From the NCBI RefSeq assembly GCF_006345805.1, contig NW_021829290.1:1-6620 (forward strand): a stretch of DNA of 6,620 nucleotides, in the 5' to 3' direction. Shown here one piece after another: positions 1 through 6,620 of this stretch. The notes beneath the pieces were generated by a model that worked only from the letters and a program-made list of their open reading frames with translations, searched no databases and was not told the DNA's origin. The DNA is from Octopus sinensis. Its lineage: Eukaryota. Each line of letters begins with the position of its first letter. Within the stretch, counting starts at the first letter, position 1. The translations under genes were made by a program, and so were the position numbers.

Positions 1-2189
1 AGTTGTTTAGATCAAGTGGCAAGTCGCACCCATATTTACCAAGTAGGTCCAAACAGGTTGGCAAGTCGCACCCTATTTACCAAGTTGGTCCAAACAGGGT
101 GGCAAGTCGCACCCATATTTACCAAGTTGGTTTAGATCAAGTGGCAAGTCGCACCCTATTTACCAAGTAGGTCCAAACAGGGTGGCAAGTCGCACCCCTA
201 TTTACCAAGTTGGTCCAAACAGGGTGGCAAGTCGCACCCATATTTACCAAGTTGGTTTAGATCAAGTGGCAAGTCGCACCACTATTTACCAAGTAGGTCC
301 AAACAGGGTGGCAAGTCGCACCCCTATTTACCAAGTTGGTCTAGATCAAGTGGCAAGTCGCACCCCTATTTACCAAGTAGGTCCAAACAGGGTGGCAAGT
401 TGCACCCCTATTTACCAAGTAGGTCCAAACAGGGTGGCAAGTCCCACCCATATTTACCAAGTTGGTTTAGATCAAGTGGCAAGTCGCACCACTATTTACC
501 AAGTAGGTCCAAACAGGGTGGCAAGTCGCACCCCTATTTACCAAGTTGGTCTAGATCAAGTGGCAAGTCGCACCCATATTTACCAAGTAGGTCCAAACAG
601 GGTGGCAAGTCGCACCCCTATTTACCAAGTTGGTCCAAACAGGGTGGCAAGTCGCACCCATATTTACAAAGTTGGTCCAAACAGGTTGGCAAGTCGCACC
701 CATATTTACCAAGTTGGTTTAGATCAAGTGGCAAGTCGTACCACTATTTACCAAGTAGGTCCAAACAGGGTGGCAAGTCGCACCCCTATTCACCAAGTAG
801 GTCCAAACAGGGTGGCAAGTCGCACCCCTATTTACCAAGTAGGTCCAAACAGGGTGGCAAGTCGCACCTATATTTACAAAGTTGGTCCAAACAGGTTGGC
901 AAGTCGCACCCATATTTACCAAGTTGGTTTAGATCAAGTGGCAATTCGCACCACTATTTACCAAGTAGGTCCAAACAGGGTGGCAAGTTGCACCCCTATT
1001 TACCAAGTTGGTCCAAACAGGGTGGCAAGTCGCACCCATATTTACCAAGTTGGTTTAGATCAAGTGGCAAGTCGCACCCATATTTACCAAGTAGGTCCAA
1101 ACAGGTTGGCAAGTCGCACCCCTATTTACCAAGTTGGTCCAAACAGGGTGGCAAGTCGCACCCATATTTACCAAGTTGGTTTAGATCAAGTGGCAAGTCG
1201 CACCACTATTTACCAAGTAGGTCCAAACAGGGTGGCAAGTCGCACCCCTATTTACCAAGTAGGTCCAAACAGGGTGGCAAGTCCCACCCATATTTACCAA
1301 GTTCGACTAGACCAAGTGGTAAGTCGCACCCCTATTTACCAAGTTGGTCCAAACAGGGTGGCAAGTCGCACCCCTATTTACCAAGTTGGTCTAGATCAAG
1401 TGGCAAGTCGCACCCATATTTACCAAGTAGGTCCAAACAGGGTGGCAAGTCGCACCCCTATTTACCAAGTAGGTCCAAACAGGGTGGCAAGTCGCACCCC
1501 TATTCACACCCCTATTTACCAAGTTGGTGCAAACATGGTGGCATGTCGCACCCCTATTTACCAAGTAGGTCCAAACAGGGTGGCAAGTCGCACCTCTATT
1601 TACCAAGTTGGTCTAGATCAAGTGGCAAGTTGCACCCCTATTTCCAAGTTGGTCCAAACAGGGTGGCAAGTCGCACCCCTATTTACTAAGTTGGTTTAGA
1701 TCAAGTGGCAAGTCGCACCCCTATTTACCAAGTTGGTCCAAACAGGGTGGCAAGTCGCAGCCCTATTTACCAAGTTGGTCTAGATCAAGTAAAAAGTCGC
1801 ACCCATATTTACCAAGTAGGTCAAAACAGGGTGGCAAGTCGCACCCCTATTTACCAAGTAGGTCCAAAAAGGGTGGCAAGTCGCACCCCTATTTACCAAG
1901 TTGGTCCAAACATGGTGGCAAGTCGCACCCCTATTTACCAAGTTGGTGCAAACATGGTGGCATGTCGCACCCCTATTTACCAAGTAGGTCCAAACAGGGT
2001 GGCAAGTCGCACCCCTATTTACCAAGTTGGTCTAGATCAAGTGGCAAGTCGCACCCATATTTACCAAGTAGGTCCAAACAGGGTGGCAAGTCGCACCCCT
2101 ATTTACCAAGTAGGTCCAAACAGGGTGGCAAGTCGCACCCCTATTCACACCCCTATTTACCAAGTTGGTGCAAACATGGTGGCATGTCG
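1..2189 (+). repeat. satA: 42-bp tandem repeat (satellite/minisatellite), about 52 monomers, runs off the left edge
   Basis: Consensus GTGGCAAGTCGCACCCCTATTTACCAAGT(A/T)GGTCCAAACAGG, with starts at 182, 224, 266 ... 2125, 2179. There are two main subtypes, ending GGTCCAAACAGG or GGT(T/C)TAGATCAA. Monomers at 58, 141 and 1622 are 41 bp; those at 1484 and 2125 are 54 bp (12-bp internal duplication CACCCCTATTCA). The array stops abruptly after ...GTGGCATGTCG at 2189. Confidence 0.98.
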
Positions 2190-2693
2190 GCCACAGTGGG
2201 TCCAGCAATCGGCCAGACCCACTTGATCGACCAGGCGCTGGCTTCCAGCGCTCCTGACCCTTGGTTCAAGCTGTTCTCTTTCTTTCCCGTTTGCCTCAAT
2301 TCTTCTCCCATGCGCTCATGTGCTGCTATTCACGTTTCTTCTGCCCAGCGGATTAAGGACCGTTGTACATCTTACGTCCACTCAGAGTTCAACTCTGATT
2401 GGCTGTCTGTCTCTCTTACGCCCTCTTGTAAGGAGGCACCCTCAAAACGGCCCGGTCTCGCAGAATTGCGCTTTTCCCGGGCAGTCCGAAGCAAACTCCT
2501 CCAGGGCGAGATCTCTGGAGCAGTGCGCGCAATTTCATCCAACTCCTCTGTGGCTCCTCGGTGTGATGCTGTCCTGAATCAACTCCGCAGCAAACACCCC
2601 CAAGCTCCCACCGACCTCCGTGCAACACCGACGTTAGTTTCGGCTCCGCCCAACCCGATAACCTCGTCTGAGGTTTCGGCCGCTCTCGGGTCT

Positions 2694-3580
2694 TTTGCGC
2701 CCAGTAGCAGCGGCGGGATAGACGGTGTAAAGCCCATCCACCTACGCGATCTCCTGAGCCCATTGACCCACGAATCCGGAAAAGACCTGCTATCTTCTGT
2801 CACTCGTCTTTGTTCGCACATTGTCTCGGGCGAGATTCCAACCGTCGCCAGAGATCTTCTTTTCTCTGCTGGCCTCATTGCCCTGTCGAAAGCCGATGGT
2901 GGCGTGAGGCCCATTGCGGTCGGTAACGTTTTCAGGAGACTCTCGGCCAAGATAATGTCCCGCAGGGTGGTTCCCCCCCTGAGTCTGGAGTTTCTCCCTT
3001 TCCAGTACGGTGTCGGCGTCCAAGGTGCCTGCGAAATTCTCGCGCACGGCACTCGCCAACTTGTCCAGTCAAAGCCAGAAGACTGCAAGTTCATCGTGAA
3101 GCTGGACGTCAGCAACGCATTCAACTGCGTCCGCCGGGACCATCTGCTCGAAGTGGTCTCGGCACGTTGCCCCGTTCTCTTCCCAATTGTAAAGCTGGCA
3201 TACTCTGCCCCAAGCTGCCTTCTGATCCATAATCAGATCATCATGTCAGAATGCGGCATTCAGCAGGGTGACCCACTGGGCCCATTGCTGTTTGCCCTCT
3301 CTGTTGACCACATTGCACGGAACCTTTCTTCCACTGTTAACTTCTGGTACCTGGACACGTGACGATTGGTGGACCTACAGAGGTCGTTATGGAAGACGTT
3401 AAGAGAATCACTTCCGGTTTCTCCAAGATCGGACTATCTCTTAACGGCGAAAAATGCGAACTCGTAAACATTTCTCTTGCCCCCGCCGCTCTCCGCAACA
3501 CATTCTCCTCTCTCAGCAGCCTGATCGTAGGGTTAAGGCTAACGCCCACCAGCGATCTAGTTATCTTGGGCTCTCCAATT
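2694..3580 (+). other. Reverse transcriptase domain (non-LTR type), approximate limits
   Basis: FAPSSSGGIDG (domain 0), LSKADGGVRPIAVGNVFRRL (1/2), QYGVGV (2a), KLDVSNAFNCV (3), GIQQGDPLGPLLF (4; CAG at 3261), WYLD[D] (5; 3345-3356, frameshifted), GLSLNGEKCE (6), LGSPI (7). Confidence 0.92.
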
Positions 3581-4269
3581 TCCGCCGTTGGCATAGAAAA
3601 TGCCTTATCGTCTAAATGGGACGAAATTAAACTACTCACTGATCGGATCCGTGGGCTTGGCTCGCATCTTGCGTTTTTCTTGTTGAAGAACTTTCTTTTC
3701 GTCCCCAGACTGACCTATATTCTCCGTTCCTCCCCGTGTTTCGCTGCCACAGACTCATTATCCAGAATCGATAATCTTGTCCACCAATCGCTAACATTCC
3801 ACCTCAATTTGAGGTTCACCGGTGACGGTTTTACCCGTGCCAGTTTACCAACTCGCTTCGGCGGGATCGGGATCCGCTCTTGTGCGGACCTGGCCCTACC
3901 CTGCTATCTCTCATCCATGTCGGCTTCCAGGAATTCCGTTTGCTCAGTTCTACTTCCCTCTCTCGAACTTAATGAGCTCTCGGAATTCTCATCCGCATGC
4001 CGTACGTGGTGCTCACTCGACCTTGATTTTCCCACGATCCCTTCAGTTCAAAGGGGCTGGGACGAAATTCTCTGCTTGAACACATTACGAAAACTTCGCT
4101 CCAAGTCGGACCAACTCCAGCTGGCCACCCTTAACTGCGCCTGTCAGCCGCACACGGGTGACTGGCTCAAAGCTCTCCCCACTCCTAGTACGGGTTACTA
4201 CTGGACGACGAATCCTTGCGGATTGGGATCAGCTTACGATTGGGTTTGGACATCTGCCAGCCCCACCCT

Positions 4270-4790
4270 TGCCGGTGCGGGTCCTCAATTTCGTCAAACG
4301 GCTTGCACGCCTTATCGTGTAAGAAGAGTGCCGGGAGAATTCCCCGTCACACTCATCTGAATGACGTTGTGAGGAGGGCTCTAGAGTCGGCTGGTTTCCC
4401 TTCCACCCTAGAGCCAGTCGGCCTTTCCCGGAGCGACGGCAAGCGTCCCGACGGGATGACGACCTTCCCTTTTAGGGAAGGCAAGTCCCTGGTTTGGGAT
4501 GCCACGTGTGTCGACTCTTTTTCGGCGACAATGCTTCCCAGGACTGTCGCAAACCCGGGTTCCGCCAGTGCGCTTGCTGAAGAGACAAAGATGACGAAAT
4601 ACCGGTGTATTTCGGACGCTTTTGAGTTTGCCCCCCTCGCCTTCGAAACCTCTGGAATCGTCGGAAAGGCTGCGACTCAACTCCTCACCGCCATTGGTAG
4701 AAAAATCTCCACAAAAACAAACGACCGGAGGGAGACGAGCTGGCTGTGCCAGCGAATCTCGGTTGCTGAGCTCCGCGGAAACTGCCACTC
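4270..4790 (+). other. CCHC zinc knuckle plus restriction-like (PD-D/ExK) endonuclease domain, approximate limits
   Basis: CRC-x9-H-x3-C (4270-4320), RH motif (RHTHLNDVV), GKRPDG (PD at 4447-4452), WDATC (D at 4498), AEETKMTKY, FAPLAFETSG and the terminal QRISVAELRGN. This is the layout known from R2/NeSL/CRE RLE elements. Confidence 0.9.
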
Positions 4791-4818
4791 AATACGCAGC
4801 GCGGCATCGTTGAGCTGA

Positions 4819-4913
4819 CCCCCAGGCTCTCGACAATTCCCTTAGCCACCCAATTGCTTACTTTTTTTTCTTTCTATTTCTGTCAAAAAAAAAAAAAAAA
4901 CAAAAAAAAAAAA
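4819..4913 (+). other. 3' UTR and poly(A) tail of the retrotransposon
   Basis: 66 nt follow the TGA, including a pyrimidine tract (T8 at 4862-4869, then CTTTCTATTTCTGTC). Then come A16 (4885-4900), C (4901) and A12 (4902-4913). No AATAAA is present. Confidence 0.88.
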
Positions 4914-4921
4914 TTTAACTT

Positions 4922-5114
4922 TAATTTATCGCATAATTTCAATGACCCCTATATGCACACATCTAGTGATCTCCTAAAACTGGATAATATATTCTATAAA
5001 TAATTAAATTATTTCAAGTAACCACATATGCTCACATCTAGGGACCTCACAAAATTGCATAATATATTACGTAATTTATTGCATAATCTCAAGTACCCCC
5101 ATATGCTAACATCT
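4922..5114. repeat. Left copy of a ~190-bp higher-order direct repeat within satB (other copy 6120-6312, offset 1198 bp)
   Basis: The strongly diverged monomer ATGCACACATCTAG.GATCTC.TAAA.CTG.ATAATATATTCTATAAATAATTAAATTATTTCAAGTAACCACAT occurs only at 4953 and 6151 (71/75 identical). The next monomers (5028, 6226) share the ACAAAATTG variant. Confidence 0.85.
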
Positions 5115-6312
5115 AGAGAGCTCCCAAATTTGCATAAAATATTATGTAATTTATTGCATAATCTCAAGTACCCCCATATACTCAAATTTAGGGACCTCCC
5201 AAAATTTCATAATATATTACGCAATTTATTACATAATCTCAAGTATCCCCATATGCTCAAATTTAGGGAGCTCCCAAAATTGCATAAAATATTACGTAAT
5301 TTATTGCATAATCTCAAGTACCCCCATATGCTCAAATTTAGGGAGCTCCCAAAATTGCATAATATATTACGCAATTTATTACTTAATCTCAAGTATCCCC
5401 ATATGCTCAAATTTAGGGAGCTCCCAAAATTGCATAATATATTACGTAATTTATTGAATAATCTCAAGTACCCCCATATGCTAAATTTAGGGAGAATCCA
5501 AAATTGCATAAAATATTACGTAATTTATTGCATAATCTCAAGTACCCCATATGCTCACATCTAGGGAGCTCCCAAAATTGCATAATATATTACGTAATTT
5601 ATTGCATAATCTCAAGTACCCCCATATGCTCACATCTAGAGAGCTCCCAAATTTGCATAAAATATTACGTAATTTATTGCATAATCTGAAGTACCCCCAT
5701 ATGCTCACATCTAGCGACCTCCCAAAATTGCAAATAATATTACGTAATTTATTGCATAATGTCAAGTACCCCCATATGCTCACATCTAGAGAGCTCCCAA
5801 ATTTGCATAAAATATTATGTAATTTATTGCATAATCTCAAGTACCCCCATATACTCAAATTTAGGGACCTCCCAAAATTGCATAATATATTACGCAATTT
5901 ATTACATAATCTCAAGTACCCCCATATACTCAAATTTAGGGACCTCCCAAAATTGCATAATATATTACGTAATATATTGCATAATCTCAAGTACCCCCAT
6001 ATGCTCACATCTAGGGAGCTCCCAAATTTGCATAAAATATTATGTAATTTATTGCATAATCTCAAGTACCCCCATAATCGAACATTTAGGGACCTCCCAA
6101 AATTGCATAATATATTACGCAATTTATTACATAATTTTAAAGACCGCTATATGCACACATCTAGGGATCTCTTAAACCTGCATAATATATTCTATAAATA
6201 ATTAAATTATTTCAAGTAACCACATATGCTCACATCTAGGCACCTTACAAAATTGCATAATATATTACGTAATTTATTGCATAATCTCAAGTACCCACAT
6301 ATACTCACATCT
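4922..6312. repeat. satB: 75-bp AT-rich tandem repeat, about 18.5 monomers
   Basis: Consensus ATGCTCA(C/A)AT(C/T)TAGGGA(G/C)CTCCCAAAATTGCATAA(T/A)ATATTACGTAATTTATTGCATAATCTCAAGTACCCCCAT, with starts at 4953, 5028, 5103 ... 5478 (73 bp), 5551 ... 6226, 6301 (partial). The left boundary is uncertain by about 10 bp (4914-4921 aligns poorly). Confidence 0.97.
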
Positions 6313-6620
6313 GTTTGGACCAACTTGGTAAATAGGGGTGCGACTTGCCACCCTGTTTGGACCTACTTGGTAAATATGGGTGCGACTTGCCACTTGATCT
6401 AGACCAACTTGGTAAATAGGGGTGCGACTTGCCACCCTGTTTGGACCTACTTGGTAAATAGTGGTGCGACTTGCCACTTGATCTAAACCAACTTGGTAAA
6501 TATGGGTGGGACTTGCCACCCTCTTTGGACCTACTTGGTAAATAGGGGTGCAACTTGCCACCCTGTTTGGACCTACTTGGTAAATAGGGGTGCGACTTGC
6601 CACTTGATCTAGACCAACTT
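6311..6620 (-). repeat. satA 42-bp tandem repeat in inverted orientation (about 7.4 monomers, runs off the right edge)
   Basis: The reverse complement reads as the same 42-bp monomers. It aligns without gaps to 333-642 with one mismatch (430 vs 6523). Confidence 0.98.

Larger units (their letters stand above)
2190..4818 (+). pseudogene. RT-RLE polyprotein ORF of the retrotransposon, with two -1 frameshifts (3356/3357 and about 4194)
   Basis: The ORF runs in frame 3 to ...FWYLD (3356), in frame 2 from GTG 3359 (VTIGGP...LPTPST), then in frame 1 from about 4195 (LLLDDESLRIGISLRLG...SAASLS*). Adding one base at each site restores WYLDDVTIGG and STGLLLDD. There are no other in-frame stops along this path. 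Confidence 0.9.
2190..4913 (+). mobile_element. 5'-truncated non-LTR retrotransposon of the RLE (restriction-like endonuclease) type, CRE-clade-like
   Basis: RT motifs are followed by a CCHC zinc knuckle and a PD-D-K endonuclease in one reading frame (after correcting two 1-bp deletions). Stop at 4816-4818, 66-nt 3' UTR, tail A16-C-A12 (4885-4913). There is no APE endonuclease, no LTRs and no N-terminal zinc fingers or 5' UTR, so it is truncated. The motifs SGGIDG-x2-P-x-HL, K-x-DGGVRPIAVG, QYGVGV, GDPLGPLLF, WYLDD and GKRPDG..WDATC resemble CRE-clade elements from memory, so the clade call is less certain than the RLE-class call. Confidence 0.9.

Noticed and set aside
1-2189. satA as a telomeric repeat, with the inverted arrangement as a telomere fusion
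   Set aside because: No canonical short telomere motif is present. AAATAGGGGT is only vaguely G-rich, and nothing in the window shows a chromosome end. It is not excluded for taxa with long complex telomeric repeats, but it is unsupported here.
182-2226. Long ORFs (505, 429 and 173 aa) of ASRTPIYQVGPNRV or SHPYLPSRSKQGGK repeats, plus their mirror ORFs at 6274-6603
   Set aside because: A 42-bp unit with no stop in two frames gives ORFs automatically. Two overlapping frames are open, 1-bp deletions break frame freely, and variants show no synonymous bias. There is no support for a protein.
3350-4200. Programmed -1 ribosomal frameshifting at the two breaks
   Set aside because: Neither site has an X XXY YYZ slippery heptamer as written, and the first break removes a base from the catalytic Asp codon itself.
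2320-4813. Antisense and alternate-frame ORFs over the retroelement (e.g. 2579-3124, 2416-2763, 4408-4788)
   Set aside because: They have no recognisable motifs and are the expected shadows of a GC-rich coding sequence.
2175-4930. Target-site duplication around the retroelement
   Set aside because: The sequence before 2190 (CATGGTGGCATGTCG) shares nothing with the sequence after the tail (TTTAACTTTAATTT).
5028-6201. ORFs of MLTSRELPKLHNILRNLLHNLKYPH repeats (superficially leucine-rich or helical repeat-like)
   Set aside because: These arise from a 75-bp unit and are open on both strands. They are frameshifted at the 73-bp monomer and stopped in the diverged monomers.
4922-6312. LTR element or solo-LTR pair suggested by the ~190-bp direct repeats
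   Set aside because: There are no TG...CA termini, PBS or PPT. The direct repeats are made of satB monomers.
1-6620. CRISPR array, or an RT-associated bacterial system (retron, DGR, group II intron) next to repeats
   Set aside because: The repeats are head-to-tail with no unique spacers. The RT has non-LTR motifs, a C-terminal RLE and a poly(A) tail, all eukaryotic retrotransposon traits.

Overview
Eukaryotic, heterochromatin-like window with no host gene. It has four blocks. (1) 1-2189: a 42-bp tandem repeat (satA, + orientation, about 52 monomers). (2) About 2190-4913: a 5'-truncated non-LTR retrotransposon with reverse transcriptase plus CCHC/restriction-like endonuclease (CRE-clade-like), a short 3' UTR and a poly(A) tail. 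Its single ORF is broken only by two 1-bp deletions, one inside the YLDD motif. (3) About 4922-6312: an unrelated AT-rich 75-bp tandem repeat (satB, about 18.5 monomers). (4) 6311-6620: satA again, in the opposite orientation and 309/310 identical to the reverse complement of 333-642. The most notable features are the inverted satA arms enclosing the retroelement+satB cassette (foldback-like, or a recent inversion), an RLE element with different satellites on each flank and no TSD, and hairpin-perfecting variants in satA exactly at the 5' junction. The long ORFs in the satellites are by-products of repeat units whose lengths are multiples of 3. The host species cannot be determined from the sequence.
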